64,000 nucleotides of DNA from assembly GCA_040876885.1 (NCBI GenBank), contig JBBDOU010000013.1, positions 6,033 to 70,032 of the forward strand. Direction: 5' to 3'. Each line of letters opens with the position of its first letter. The stretch's first letter is position 1. The position numbers and the translations under genes were made by a program. Of the stretch, positions 29,480 through 40,520 are shown piece by piece. The stretch is from Minisyncoccota bacterium. Lineage in GTDB: Bacteria > Patescibacteriota > Minisyncoccia > Phycocordibacterales > JABMNX01. The notes beneath the pieces are model-generated. The model saw nothing but the letters and a program-made list of their open reading frames with translations, did no database searches and had not been told where the DNA came from.

Positions 29480-31495
29480 TTAAGACTTCATAAGTGCAAT
29501 AAATGCACGCTCAGAAAGCGTCTCAACTCCGAGCGCAACTGCTTTATCATACTTAGTGCCTGGGCTCTCTCCAACGACAACGTAATCAGTATTTTTTGAG
29601 ACAGAGGAAGAGACAGAACCTCCCGATATTCTAATCTTTTCATGTGCCTCGTCTCTCGAGAGCTCCTTAAGTGAACCAGTGAGTACGAATACCTTACCTG
29701 AAAACACCCCCTTCTTCTGTACTGACTCACTTTTAATAACAACGTGTTTTAAGAGTCGGGTGAGCATCTCACTATGAACTGGGTTATGAAACCATGTATA
29801 TATAGACTCCGCGACAATCCTACCAACACCAGAGACGCGCTCAAGTGACGAAACATCGGCTTCTTTAATTTTTTTGAGAGAACCAAAATGAGCTGCGAGA
29901 TCATGTGCAGTCTCTTCCCCAACTTGGTCTATCGAAAGCGCTATCAAGAAACGAGGAAGCGTTACATTTCTCCCTGCACTTATTGCATTGATTAAATTCT
30001 CTGAAGATTTTTCTTTAAACCCAGGAAGTGCTTGTATATCACCCGCACGCAACGTAAAAATGTCGTCATACTGGGCAATTAATCCTTCTTCAAGGAGTCG
30101 GTCAATTATCTGCGGTCCCAACCCTTCAATATTAAATGCTTTCTTTGAAACAAAATAGTAAAACTTTTGTTTCTGTAGTTCAAATGAGTCTCTATCAACA
30201 CACCGATAAGCAGACTGCCCCGGAATCCTCTCAATACGGCCATCTCCCCCGCACCCGGCAACGTGTTCTGGAAATACGAACTCTTTCTCGTCTCCCGTGC
30301 GCAATGCCGTTAATACTGAAACGATATCAGGAATAACATCACCTGCTTTCTGGATTATCACCGTATCTCCAATGCGAACTCCGAGACGTGCAATCTCGTC
30401 TTCATTATGTAGTGTTGCTCGCGCAACAACAGAACCCGCCACTTCAACAGGACGTAGGTGAGCAACCGGCGTCAGTACTCCTGTTCTTCCGACCTGCAGT
30501 ACAATATCTTCAACCGTAGTGGTTACTTGCTGGGCTGGAAATTTAAACGCGACACCAAACCGCGGTGCTTTTGCGGTATATCCAAGAATCTTTTGCAAAG
30601 AAACATCATCTACCTTAAGCGCTACACCATCAACCTCATACGGGAGTGTGTCTTTTTGAGCAACCCATTTTTTATAATAGGTAACTACCTCCTGTAAGTC
30701 TTTGCACTTCTTATAGTGAGTATTTGTTTTAAAACCAAGATGCTTCAGCAACACCAACTCATCTATCTGAGTTTTTGGTGCTTCAACCCCATCCTCAATC
30801 AAATCTATATCGTAAAAAAATGAATCAAGATTTCTTTTTGCGGTAACCGTAGGGTCAAGCTGTCGGAGTGAACCAGCGGCTGCGTTTCGTGCATTAGCAA
30901 AAAGTGGCTCTCCATTTTTTGCTCTTTCTTTATTAATACGTTCAAACTCACGGTGTGAAATCCACGCTTCTCCTATAGCCACAAGGGTCACTGGCTTAGA
31001 TAAAATCTTAGGGATGCTCTGTATTACTTTTATATTATGAGTAATATTTTCACCCACACGTCCATCACCACGCGTGATGCCTCTTACGAGCACCCCTTTC
31101 TCATACTCAAGTACCACTTTAAGACCGTCTATCTTATGTTCTGCGCTATAGACAATATGCTTAGGAAGCGTTATCTCCTTTTCTAAGTATCGTGCAATAC
31201 GTTTCTCCCACGCGAGAAGTTCTTCTTCAGAAAACACGTTATCAAAAGACCACTGCGTTGCTTTATGCGTGACTTTCTCAAATGATGCAATTGGTGCGCT
31301 CCCTATTTTTTCAAGTGGACTCCCTTTTTTTATTTCTGGGTACTTGGACTCAAAAGCAACTAAGTCACGGACCAGTGAGTCATATGCTTCGTCAGAAATC
31401 TGAGGGGCGTCTTCTTTATGATACAGGTCTTGATGTCGAACAATCTCCTTCTGAAGCGCTGATATCTTTTTTTTAATATCTTTTGGTATAGCCAT
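29480..31495 (-). CDS. ligA: NAD-dependent DNA ligase
   Basis: EHKIDG adenylation motif, ANARNAAAGSLRQLD, C-terminal BRCT. Confidence 0.97.
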   Translation of the reverse strand: MAIPKDIKKKISALQKEIVRHQDLYHKEDAPQISDEAYDSLVRDLVAFESKYPEIKKGSPLEKIGSAPIASFEKVTHKATQWSFDNVFSEEELLAWEKRIARYLEKEITLPKHIVYSAEHKIDGLKVVLEYEKGVLVRGITRGDGRVGENITHNIKVIQSIPKILSKPVTLVAIGEAWISHREFERINKERAKNGEPLFANARNAAAGSLRQLDPTVTAKRNLDSFFYDIDLIEDGVEAPKTQIDELVLLKHLGFKTNTHYKKCKDLQEVVTYYKKWVAQKDTLPYEVDGVALKVDDVSLQKILGYTAKAPRFGVAFKFPAQQVTTTVEDIVLQVGRTGVLTPVAHLRPVEVAGSVVARATLHNEDEIARLGVRIGDTVIIQKAGDVIPDIVSVLTALRTGDEKEFVFPEHVAGCGGDGRIERIPGQSAYRCVDRDSFELQKQKFYYFVSKKAFNIEGLGPQIIDRLLEEGLIAQYDDIFTLRAGDIQALPGFKEKSSENLINAISAGRNVTLPRFLIALSIDQVGEETAHDLAAHFGSLKKIKEADVSSLERVSGVGRIVAESIYTWFHNPVHSEMLTRLLKHVVIKSESVQKKGVFSGKVFVLTGSLKELSRDEAHEKIRISGGSVSSSVSKNTDYVVVGESPGTKYDKAVALGVETLSERAFIALMKS

Positions 31496-31498
31496 GGT

Positions 31499-31963
31499 TT
31501 AATACGTCACCCTAATCGCACGTTCTATTCTCCGTGGATTAACAGTGTTGTCACATGTCGTATTATACCCCTTAGACTCTATTTTTGTACGTGGATGAGT
31601 TTCACTCTTCGTCACTGAAACAGCCGAACAATAGCCGTCTACCTCAAACTGAAACGTCATAGCGCTGTTGTAGCCAAGACCACCCACTTCTGGAATACTC
31701 GTACTATTGCATGCAATCGCACCAGCGGTTGACGTGGAGAATGCTGAACCTTTTTGATCCCAATACAGCGCACACTCGATACCTGAATCAGCTGCGTAGA
31801 AAGCAAACTGAGACTCACGTCCAGAAGAAGACAGCAATAACTCCTTAATGGTGATATTAAATATTGCGAGACCTATCGAAAGGAGTACGCCAGAGATAAG
31901 TACGGCGACAAGCAGTGTAAATCCTCTTTTCTGTGTTTTATTTTTTTTCTTTAGGAAGTTCAT
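31499..31963 (-). CDS. Minor pilin, PilX-like
   Basis: RGFTLLVAV (no Glu5); AFYAADSGIECA. Confidence 0.8.
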   Translation of the reverse strand: MNFLKKKNKTQKRGFTLLVAVLISGVLLSIGLAIFNITIKELLLSSSGRESQFAFYAADSGIECALYWDQKGSAFSTSTAGAIACNSTSIPEVGGLGYNSAMTFQFEVDGYCSAVSVTKSETHPRTKIESKGYNTTCDNTVNPRRIERAIRVTY

Positions 31964-31964
31964 A

Positions 31965-32477
31965 TTATTGCCAATCTAAGATATTCTCTTTCACGCTAAA
32001 GGACTTGCTGAATGTCCCCGCGACCCACGAAACAGTGACTGAGACGCTGACCTCTTGGGAGTTAACTGTCCCAATTGAAACTGAACGAGTAAAAATACTA
32101 TCACTGCCACTTGCGTCATCGTGACTATAAAAACCGTTCGTACTGTTGTAATCAAGTCGTGGACATCCGTCGACTGGACAGAGCTCCATGTCCCCGTCAG
32201 TGGTGTCTACGGTAAATAATTCTCCGTTTGTATCAGGGAAGCCACTCAACCAACCAGAACCTGCGTGATAAGTGTTGTCGCGGGTGTTCCGTATATATTC
32301 AACTGCATCTTGCGCGAGATAGAACGCAGTAACTTGGTCTCGTGCAAAATAAGAACTCGCGAGACCCTTAGAAGCTATCGTTAACGGTGCGCTAATTGAA
32401 AGTAAGAGAATAGAAACCGCGACTAACGTTTCAATGAGTGTAAAGCCTTTATTTCTTTTTTTAGTACGCTGATACAT
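31965..32477 (-). CDS. Minor pilin, PilV-like
   Basis: KGFTLIETLVA prepilin cleavage site. Confidence 0.85.
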   Translation of the reverse strand: MYQRTKKRNKGFTLIETLVAVSILLLSISAPLTIASKGLASSYFARDQVTAFYLAQDAVEYIRNTRDNTYHAGSGWLSGFPDTNGELFTVDTTDGDMELCPVDGCPRLDYNSTNGFYSHDDASGSDSIFTRSVSIGTVNSQEVSVSVTVSWVAGTFSKSFSVKENILDWQ

Positions 32478-32481
32478 ATTA

Positions 32482-33060
32482 TTATAAGTCTAGGACACGC
32501 TGAGAAATCGTTGTTTGCAAGCTAAAGTCTGTGGACGCCTTTGCGTTAACTCCCGCGGTTCCTGTTATTGTCATAACAACTCGTGGCTGTAGGGCATCTC
32601 CTCGAGCGGAACCAACTGTGTAGAATCTCATGTCATTAATAGTAACCTCAGAGGCAGTGATCGGGATAAATGTAGCGCCTCCATTGATTGATTTCTCAAT
32701 CCTCGAATTAATAAACCGATACACAACCTGATCTGTTGAATCTGATATATCTCCACTATTACTCTCAAACGCGAACAAGACTCCCCCATTAGCACAATCC
32801 TGTGGTATATCGATGTTTGCGGGAACGGTCGTTGTATCAGTACAGTGGAACGTATTCCCAACCCTAATATTCCTCGACATATTTTCTAATGCAAAGTTGA
32901 GGTTGTTTATCACCGAGTTAAGTGCCTGAGCCTTTCGATTCGCATCGATAAGAGAAAGGAGCGACCCAACACTAATAGTCATCACCACAGCAAAAAGAGA
33001 GACCGCGACCATGATCTCTATAAGCGTAAAACCCTTTTTTTGTTGTATATTTAAAAACAT
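32482..33060 (-). CDS. Minor pilin, PilW-like
   Basis: KGFTLIEIMVA prepilin cleavage site. Confidence 0.85.
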   Translation of the reverse strand: MFLNIQQKKGFTLIEIMVAVSLFAVVMTISVGSLLSLIDANRKAQALNSVINNLNFALENMSRNIRVGNTFHCTDTTTVPANIDIPQDCANGGVLFAFESNSGDISDSTDQVVYRFINSRIEKSINGGATFIPITASEVTINDMRFYTVGSARGDALQPRVVMTITGTAGVNAKASTDFSLQTTISQRVLDL

Positions 33061-33062
33061 AC

Positions 33063-33677
33063 TTATAATTGACTTTGAGAAATTGAAATCTGCCCCGTTG
33101 ACTCAACCGTAACCTGACGCTCATTTCCTTTTGGTGACCTCACCACAACCCGGGCACTTTGATACACGGTCGCCGCATCACCGTTAACGCGAATAAGCGC
33201 ATCTGGGTCTGGGCGGATAAACGTAATATCTAATGTTGAGATGTCATCGACATCACTACACAACTCAATTGAAGCAACAGATGTTGCACATACTTTTGCT
33301 ATTGAAAATCCCTGCCCTATTGAGAATACTTCCTCAGTCCCATCACTTACATCAAAAGTATTATTCTTGTCTACGTCAGCAAAGATTCTATAGCTCGTAT
33401 TGCTATCAATATCAAAGTGAACTCCATAGCCAATATCAAAGGTCCCCGTTCCCACCCCAAATTCACGTACACTGAGTCCAAACACCTGTGCTTGCCGAAT
33501 TGATAAGCCGACATCATACGCGAGTGCGCCAACTAGTATATTCCCACCAAACGCGGCGTGATTCACTAAGACTACTGAGGTTATCATCAACATGATACCG
33601 GTCGTTACCACAAGCTCTACCATAGAAAACCCACGGTTCTTTTTTTTCTTATGTAAGACGTGTGTGTTTTCGTTCAT
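33063..33677 (-). CDS. Minor pilin, FimT/GspH-like
   Basis: RGFSMVELVV prepilin cleavage site; IRQAQ; YGVHF. Confidence 0.8.
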   Translation of the reverse strand: MNENTHVLHKKKKNRGFSMVELVVTTGIMLMITSVVLVNHAAFGGNILVGALAYDVGLSIRQAQVFGLSVREFGVGTGTFDIGYGVHFDIDSNTSYRIFADVDKNNTFDVSDGTEEVFSIGQGFSIAKVCATSVASIELCSDVDDISTLDITFIRPDPDALIRVNGDAATVYQSARVVVRSPKGNERQVTVESTGQISISQSQL

Positions 33678-34525
33678 TACGGTGTAATAAGTGTAATTAA
33701 ATTAAATTCAAAAAAATATACGATAAAAAAACTGAGGATTATAAAAGGTGCAAAAGGTATTTCAGTTTTAATTGTAAGGTCTTTCGCAAGTAAATTCAAT
33801 TTTCTTGTACGCAGTACCATGCTCAAAAAGATTAGAAGTCCGCTCACCACAGCTCCTACCCAAAAAGATAGCGCAAATGCAGACACGCCTCCCGATAGTC
33901 CAAGAAACCAACCAACCCCCAAGAAAAGCTTTGCATCTCCAAGACCTATCCACGTACCGCGAGAGATAATCCAAAGAAACCAAATAGGAAGGGCGAGAAT
34001 TGGACCTGCAATTAACGCGTAGAGCGAGGGCTGAACATACGAAACTGTTTCAGGGTTAATAAATAACGCGACAAAAGATATACCCGCAAACCAATAGACG
34101 AAACTGTCTAGGATAATACTATGTTTGAAATCATACACGGTAATGACGACAAGAATCCCCGTAACGACGAGCGCAAGTATTGTTTCAAAGACCGTAATAG
34201 CTTTAAAAAACACCAAAAGAAATAAAACCCCAGTGAGCGTTTCAACGAGAGGGTATTGTAAAGATATTTTGCTTCCACAAACTTTGCACGAGCCCCGTAA
34301 CCACACATATGAAAGTACCGGTATCAAACTGCTTGCAGTGAGTGTCCTTCCGCACGACTGACACTGAGACCTCCCCGTAAGACCCTTCCCCGTATTGAAC
34401 CTCAAAATAACCACGTTCAAAAAACTTCCCACAAGGGTTCCAAAAATAAAAAATGAGACCGCTATTAATATCTCTAGACTCATCACCATATCGGTAAGTA
34501 TATCGTGTTTATACTTCAGGGGCAC
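33677..34525 (-). CDS. pilD: Prepilin peptidase
   Basis: GSFLNVVI, two CxxC, YD and GLGDAKL catalytic Asp motifs, IPFAPF; start probably ~34489. Confidence 0.93.
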   Translation of the reverse strand: MPLKYKHDILTDMVMSLEILIAVSFFIFGTLVGSFLNVVILRFNTGKGLTGRSQCQSCGRTLTASSLIPVLSYVWLRGSCKVCGSKISLQYPLVETLTGVLFLLVFFKAITVFETILALVVTGILVVITVYDFKHSIILDSFVYWFAGISFVALFINPETVSYVQPSLYALIAGPILALPIWFLWIISRGTWIGLGDAKLFLGVGWFLGLSGGVSAFALSFWVGAVVSGLLIFLSMVLRTRKLNLLAKDLTIKTEIPFAPFIILSFFIVYFFEFNLITLITP

Positions 34526-34584
34526 TCTGTATAAAAAATAAACCCCGAGAAGGAGTTTATTTTTTCTTTAAGTGTAAATGGTCG

Positions 34585-35031
34585 TTATGGCTTCACGTCG
34601 TAGATAGGATCTGTTCCCGCAAAAGCAGTCCCTCCGTCAGTACATACAGTTCCCGCATCTGCATCAATATCTGAGTTAAGTGCTGTGTGTGTCGTGTTCT
34701 CAAGCGTTGCCCCAAGGTGATAACTTGAACACGTTGTTCCTGAACCAAGTGCAGCATATGAATACACAGCACTTGTTGTTGGGTCAGTAGGGTTTGTTGC
34801 AATGTATGTTGGAACGAGTGATGCTGTTGATGTTGGGTAGTTTGCATTTGAGTCAAAGTAGAGTTCAAGCGCAAGCTGAATTTGTTTAATATCAGATATT
34901 CTTCGGGCATCTCGTGATTTTTGTCGCGCGCTGTTTAAAGACGCAAGAACCACAGAAGAAAGGATACCAATGATTGCAATAACAACCAAAAGCTCAATCA
35001 ATGTAAAACCTTTTTTGTTTTTATAAAGCAT
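34585..35031 (-). CDS. Major type IV pilin (PilA/GspG-like)
   Basis: KGFTLIELLVVIAIIGILSSVVLASL...SRDARRISD. Confidence 0.9.
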   Translation of the reverse strand: MLYKNKKGFTLIELLVVIAIIGILSSVVLASLNSARQKSRDARRISDIKQIQLALELYFDSNANYPTSTASLVPTYIATNPTDPTTSAVYSYAALGSGTTCSSYHLGATLENTTHTALNSDIDADAGTVCTDGGTAFAGTDPIYDVKP

Positions 35032-35177
35032 ATGTAAATTTTTCTTAATAATGTAGCGGTAATGTAATCGAATTACGACGAGAACGCTATTGCATCTTAT
35101 TATAATTGCTTAGCCCTAAAGACACAGGGGTCGCCGTGTGGATAACTTGAACCTACTCACACCTTTGTGAATTCCGC

Positions 35178-36386
35178 TTAAATACTTGCAGATATGTTGT
35201 AAATAGGAATCAAGACTGATGCCAAGAGAAATCCAACTCCTAAACCGAGTAAAACAATCATAATCGGCTCAATGAGACCCACCAGTGTGTCCACTGCAGC
35301 GCCTACCTCACGTCGGTAGAACTTAGCTAATGTTTCAAGTATGTTTCCTAACTCTCCTGTTTCTTCACCAACCTTAATCATCTGAACGAGAATACCGGGG
35401 AATTCATCATGTGCCTCAAGTGCTTCTGACAGTTGCATTCCTCCTTTGACTTTTTCTATAACTTCGGTCAAGAGACGCTCGTACAATGGGTTTCCTACTA
35501 CTGAGGCAGTAATCTCAACAGCGCGAACCATCTGAATACCGCTCGTAAGCATCGTACTTAAGTTATCTGCAATTCGAGAGAGATACAGCTTTCGATACAA
35601 ATCTCCAACAAAAGGAATCGATAGTTGTAATTCTGCAACGATCAACTTTCCATGTGCGGTCTTAAGGTATCTCCAGAAGAAGAATGTACCCACTAATATG
35701 AAGATGAGGAAAAATACACCGTAATTGAGCAGTAACTCACTTAGTGTAATAACGACTTTAGTGTACAGCGGTACCGCTTGTCCTGACTCAAGCAAGATAG
35801 CGCTTAATCGAGGAATAACCATGGTGAGCATAAGAATCATCACGATCACAAACGTAGAAATAACAAATGCTGGGTAAATCAACGCGTTTCGTGCCTTCAT
35901 ACCAACCTCATACGTTCGGTCGAGATAATCAGCGAGATACGCAAACGTCTTGTCGAGTTGTCCCGACTCTTCACCAGCCCTAATCATGCCAATATAAAAT
36001 GAAGAAAATACTTTTGGATGTTTTGAAAGTGCGCTCGAGATAGTTGTTCCTGACTGCAAATCATCAGCAACCTCTGCAAGTTTTTTTCCGAGGAGTGGGT
36101 TGATTGATTCTGAAGAAAGAAGCTTAAATACCTTAAGCGCTGAAACTTGAGCTTCAAAAAGAGTCGCAATCTGCCGAGACAGAATAACCACGTCTTTATT
36201 CGACACTGATTCAAAGAAATTAATATCCCTTTTAAAGATGTTGGATTCAACACCCGCTTCTTTTACTGAAGATATCGTATACCCTCTTCGTTGAAGTGAG
36301 CTAATAGCCACATCAACATTAATAGCATCAATACTCCCTGTTGAGAGTTTTCCGCTTTGGTCTACTACTTCGTAATTAAATAACAT
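35178..36386 (-). CDS. pilC: Type IV pilus platform protein PilC/GspF
   Basis: Two T2SSF repeats; AGEESGQL, ALIYP, VGEETGEL, LIEP. Confidence 0.93.
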   Translation of the reverse strand: MLFNYEVVDQSGKLSTGSIDAINVDVAISSLQRRGYTISSVKEAGVESNIFKRDINFFESVSNKDVVILSRQIATLFEAQVSALKVFKLLSSESINPLLGKKLAEVADDLQSGTTISSALSKHPKVFSSFYIGMIRAGEESGQLDKTFAYLADYLDRTYEVGMKARNALIYPAFVISTFVIVMILMLTMVIPRLSAILLESGQAVPLYTKVVITLSELLLNYGVFFLIFILVGTFFFWRYLKTAHGKLIVAELQLSIPFVGDLYRKLYLSRIADNLSTMLTSGIQMVRAVEITASVVGNPLYERLLTEVIEKVKGGMQLSEALEAHDEFPGILVQMIKVGEETGELGNILETLAKFYRREVGAAVDTLVGLIEPIMIVLLGLGVGFLLASVLIPIYNISASI

Positions 36387-36390
36387 ATGG

Positions 36391-37455
36391 TTATAGGTAT
36401 TTTTCTAAGATTTGTGGGTTGAGTGAGTGCGCATGTGCATCCTCTATGGTAATCTCACCCCGTCGCACAAGGTCAGCAAGAGAACGGTTCATGTCGACCA
36501 TACCTTCTCCGGAACTTGTTTCTATAACTGTATTAATCTCATGCGTACGTTTCTCACGAATAAGGTTCGCCACCGCTTTGTTATTAATGAGAAGTTCGTA
36601 TGCAGGAATTAAATCTCCCGAGATACGAGGAATCAAGCGCTGTGAAAATATTCCCGCTAAACTCACTGAGAGTTGGATTCGTATCTGATCCTGCTGTCCA
36701 GGGGGAAACGTGTCGATAATTCTATCAATTGTTTGCGCGGCATTATTTGTATGCAGTGTTGAAAACACTAAATGCCCTGTCTCCGCTGCAGTCACCGCAG
36801 CAGCCATTGTTTCAGGGCTACGCATCTCTCCTATCATAATAACATCAACGTCTTGTCTAAACACAGAACGAAGGGCTGTCGCAAAGTCTTTTGTGTCAAC
36901 ACGAATCTCCCGCTGGTCAATCATTGACTTCTTTTGTTCAAAGACATACTCCATTGGGTCTTCTATTGTAATGATGTGCTCCGCCCGCTCAGCATTAATC
37001 ATCTCAATCAACGCAGCGAGTGTTGTCGACTTACCCTGCCCAACCGGACCAACGACAAGAAAGAACCCCTGTCGTTGTGATGCAAAGTCAGCGAGTTTCG
37101 GTGGAAGCCCAAGCTCATCCAGAGTTTTAATTTTCTTTGGAATAAGTCGTAGTGCAATACTCACTGAACCTCGTTGGAAAAACCCATTTCCACGAAGGCG
37201 TACCTCTTGGTATTCATATGAAAAATCTATCTCCTGATTCTCTATAAACAAACTCTTCTGCTCTTCAGTGAGCAATGCAGTAATAAGCCCGAGCGTATCC
37301 TCTTTAGAAAGCGGTGTCTTACGGGTAAGTGGCACCAAAGACCCTGCGACCCGAATAGTCGGCACAGCGCCTTCTGAAATATGTAAATCTGAACCACCTT
37401 CTTTAATAAGAATATCGATAAGGCTCTTAATTTCTGCTGTGTAATCCATAGGCAC
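36391..37455 (-). CDS. pilT: Retraction ATPase PilT
   Basis: GPVGQGKSTT, TIEDPMEY, AAETGHLVFSTLHT, ANLIRE. Confidence 0.93.
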   Translation of the reverse strand: MPMDYTAEIKSLIDILIKEGGSDLHISEGAVPTIRVAGSLVPLTRKTPLSKEDTLGLITALLTEEQKSLFIENQEIDFSYEYQEVRLRGNGFFQRGSVSIALRLIPKKIKTLDELGLPPKLADFASQRQGFFLVVGPVGQGKSTTLAALIEMINAERAEHIITIEDPMEYVFEQKKSMIDQREIRVDTKDFATALRSVFRQDVDVIMIGEMRSPETMAAAVTAAETGHLVFSTLHTNNAAQTIDRIIDTFPPGQQDQIRIQLSVSLAGIFSQRLIPRISGDLIPAYELLINNKAVANLIREKRTHEINTVIETSSGEGMVDMNRSLADLVRRGEITIEDAHAHSLNPQILEKYL

Positions 37456-37850
37456 TATTTTTTATTCTTAATTATTTCTTTTATTTGAGTTAATACTTCT
37501 GAAGGAATCGCGCTCGCCTTCACAATGTATCCATCAATTCCTAATGCTTCTGCTTTTTCTATATCAGCTTGTTCGCCTTGATTTGAGAGCATTATAATCA
37601 CCGGGTCACCCCCAAGCTTCTCTTTTTTTATAGTCTTCACGAGTTCGAGTCCGTCAATATCAGGCATTACTGCATCGAGAACCACTGCTTGGACTATAAG
37701 TCCTCCTCGAAGACGCTCAAGCGCAACTTCACCACCCAAACACGTTTCTATCTCGTTTCCATCCTCACGGAACTTCCTGCTATACATATCAAGAAGGAAT
37801 GTGTCGTCGTCGACAAGTAATATTGGGCCTTTTTTATCTTCTGCAATCAT
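37455..37850 (-). CDS. Single-domain response regulator
   Basis: LLVDDD, LDAVMP, IMLSN, YIVKA receiver motifs. Confidence 0.88.
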   Translation of the reverse strand: MIAEDKKGPILLVDDDTFLLDMYSRKFREDGNEIETCLGGEVALERLRGGLIVQAVVLDAVMPDIDGLELVKTIKKEKLGGDPVIIMLSNQGEQADIEKAEALGIDGYIVKASAIPSEVLTQIKEIIKNKK

Positions 37851-39628
37851 TATTCTGTATCATTAGCTTCTACGTCCGCAGTATCTTCCAATAAAATTCC
37901 TCCCAACGTATTAATCTCTCTAAATGGAATTAATTTCTGAGATGATTTAATAATAGCATCTTCTTTCATGGTGAGCATTCCACTTTTGCGTGCAATCTTG
38001 TATATCTCGGATTCCGCAGAATCTACCAAGAGTGCTTTTTCAATATCTTTATTCATTTCAAGTACTTCAAAGACCGCTACTCGTCCGCGGGTTCCACTAG
38101 GACAGTCTGGTGTTGGTTTTGCTTCATACAAAATGTCGAGGTTCGGTAGTTTCTTTCGTGCTGACTCAGGGAGGTCTGCAAACTGATTCTCAAGCATAAG
38201 TTTAATGCTGTCGTTAACAGGAATAGCCTCTGCCCCACCATCACAGATTTTTTGTGTGAGTCGTTGCGCAACGACAGCAACGAGTGTTGGCGCAATAAGG
38301 TAGGGGTCAACACCCATATCAATAAGACGTGGTATCGCACCGACTGAGGTGTTTGTGTGGATTGTAGAAAGTACTAAATGCCCCGTAAGCGCAGCTTGGA
38401 CCGCAAGCTGGGCTGTCTCTTTGTCTCGAATCTCCCCCACCATAATGACATCAGGGTCTTGTCGCAGGGTGGTTCGAAGCCCTGTAGCGAACGTATATCC
38501 AATCTCGGGACGCAACTGTGACTGACTAACTCCCTCCATATTGTATTCGACCGGGTCCTCAAGCGACAGTACGTTTTTTGTCTCTCTGTCGAGCTCACTC
38601 AACATTGAATACAGTGTTGTACTCTTACCTGAACCAGTAGGTCCTGAGATGAGCACTAAGCCATAGGGCTTCTTAATGGCATTCTTTATAATCTTAAGAT
38701 TCTTTTCACCAAAACCGATATCATCAAGTTTTATAAAACCACTACTCTGATCAAGAATACGCATCACCACCTTCTCACCATAGTAAGTTGGAAATGTTGA
38801 AACTCGAAAATCAACCTTACGCCCTTTCACTGTTGCAGAAAATCGCCCATCTTGTGGCTTTCTGCGCTCATCAAGTCGCATTGATGAAAGAATCTTAATA
38901 CGAGCAACCACCGCTCGATGTACTTTTTTAGGGAGTATGAGGTTTGTATTCAATGCACCATCGACTCGAAATCGAACCTTAATCTTCTCACCCGTGTTTT
39001 CGATGTGAATATCTGATGCCCGTCCCTCAACTGCGTACCCCAAAACAGTAGCAACTATTTTTGTTACTGGTGCGTCTTCTATAATATGCGTCCCTCCTTC
39101 TACCGTATCAACATTTCCAAGAACCTCTTCTTCTCCATCAAAATCCTTACTGTCACTAACGAGTTCTGTTTCAAGTTCAGAAAGCGCTTGACCCACCTCT
39201 CCTGAAAGACCTTTGTACATCGCAAGCACCTTTTTAAAATCAGTCTCCGATATAAGAAAAACTTTGAAGGGTAAGTTAATCTTTGATGAAATAAAATTAA
39301 GCGCATCAAGCGCTTCTATATTGTCTGGGTCGACAATTCCAACCTCAAGAACCCCATCAGCAACCCCAAGAGGAACAAACCCGTAATGTGTTGCAGACTC
39401 TTCAGGAATATATTTCAAAACCTCAAAAGGTACCTTATCATCCCCAACAACACGAGTCGGTACACTCATTGCTTCTGCTTTAATATTTAAAATATCCTCA
39501 GGTGAGATGCCCCGTTTAAGCAATACTTCTTCTATTGTAAAACCTCCCGTCTCCGCTTCTTTTCTGATAGCATCTGCGTCTTCGCTCTCAATAAAATTAC
39601 GCTCTACCAGGGTATTTATTATATCCAT
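37850..39628 (-). CDS. pilB: Assembly ATPase PilB/GspE
   Basis: ASDIHIE, PQDGRF, GPTGSGKSTT, LRQDPDVIMVGEIRD. Confidence 0.93.
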   Translation of the reverse strand: MDIINTLVERNFIESEDADAIRKEAETGGFTIEEVLLKRGISPEDILNIKAEAMSVPTRVVGDDKVPFEVLKYIPEESATHYGFVPLGVADGVLEVGIVDPDNIEALDALNFISSKINLPFKVFLISETDFKKVLAMYKGLSGEVGQALSELETELVSDSKDFDGEEEVLGNVDTVEGGTHIIEDAPVTKIVATVLGYAVEGRASDIHIENTGEKIKVRFRVDGALNTNLILPKKVHRAVVARIKILSSMRLDERRKPQDGRFSATVKGRKVDFRVSTFPTYYGEKVVMRILDQSSGFIKLDDIGFGEKNLKIIKNAIKKPYGLVLISGPTGSGKSTTLYSMLSELDRETKNVLSLEDPVEYNMEGVSQSQLRPEIGYTFATGLRTTLRQDPDVIMVGEIRDKETAQLAVQAALTGHLVLSTIHTNTSVGAIPRLIDMGVDPYLIAPTLVAVVAQRLTQKICDGGAEAIPVNDSIKLMLENQFADLPESARKKLPNLDILYEAKPTPDCPSGTRGRVAVFEVLEMNKDIEKALLVDSAESEIYKIARKSGMLTMKEDAIIKSSQKLIPFREINTLGGILLEDTADVEANDTE

Positions 39629-39655
39629 ATTGTTATCCTGGGGTTACTTTCTATG

Positions 39656-39988
39656 TTAAATACTGTCTGAACCAATTGGAGCAAACGGATTCTGCCTACC
39701 GGTTGGCTCAGGAACAAGTTGCTGTCCAAAGTCAATTAATGTTTTAAATGCTGGCTCACTAAAGATTGCGTCATTGAGTGTGATTGAGCGTAAGTTAACA
39801 AGAAGGAGGAGTAACTCATTATCACCACCTCGTACTGTAGCGTTTTGAGAAGTAAGGACTACTCCCCCGCTATTACCACCTCCATCAAAGAACATGGTGT
39901 ACCCAAAGAAAACCACAACGGTGATACCGAGGATAGCGAGTAGTGTTTTATATTTTTTAAATGTTTCAATCATAATTATTTTAGCCAA
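39656..39988 (-). CDS. Pilus-operon membrane protein (PilP-like position)
   Basis: Single TM and C-terminal GRQNPFAP. Confidence 0.65.
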   Translation of the reverse strand: MAKIIMIETFKKYKTLLAILGITVVVFFGYTMFFDGGGNSGGVVLTSQNATVRGGDNELLLLLVNLRSITLNDAIFSEPAFKTLIDFGQQLVPEPTGRQNPFAPIGSDSI

Positions 39989-40515
39989 TACGTTCTAATG
40001 CTGATATTGAAGTTAAAGGCCTCACCTTCGGTAGCACTAAAGGTAAGTCCAACAACATCAACAATGCGCAAACTCGATTCCAAGTCTTTAATAAACCGAA
40101 TAAAATTCTCGTATGTCGCTGAGACCGAGAAACTTAGTATGACCGAGTCAACAGAGTTCTGATTTGCACCAATCACATTTGGTTCTTCTGAGCTCGCCCC
40201 AGAGACGGTAACGTTTCGTGTGCGCATACCGTAATTAGAAGCAATGCTGTCGATATCAAGTATCAGTCGCACATTATCGACATGGTCTGGTAACAGTTTA
40301 TTTAACCGACTCAAGTCTTCTTGAGAAAATGTGTTGTAGCGAGAAAGGAGGGTGTCGCGAATCTCTTGTAGCTCTCGTGACTGGTTGAGTGCTTCGTTGT
40401 ACGTCTTTTCTTCTGCACTCAGTTTTTTAATGTTCTGGTACGTGGGGTCTATGTAGACAAAGAAAAGACCGAGCGCTACTGAGATTAATATAAGTGGAAT
40501 TGCTAAACGTATCAT
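39976..40515 (-). CDS. pilO: PilO-like protein
   Basis: TM, LLP, SATYENFIRFIKDLESSLRIVDV; gene order. Confidence 0.8.
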   Translation of the reverse strand: MIRLAIPLILISVALGLFFVYIDPTYQNIKKLSAEEKTYNEALNQSRELQEIRDTLLSRYNTFSQEDLSRLNKLLPDHVDNVRLILDIDSIASNYGMRTRNVTVSGASSEEPNVIGANQNSVDSVILSFSVSATYENFIRFIKDLESSLRIVDVVGLTFSATEGEAFNFNISIRTYWLK

Positions 40516-40520
40516 AATAA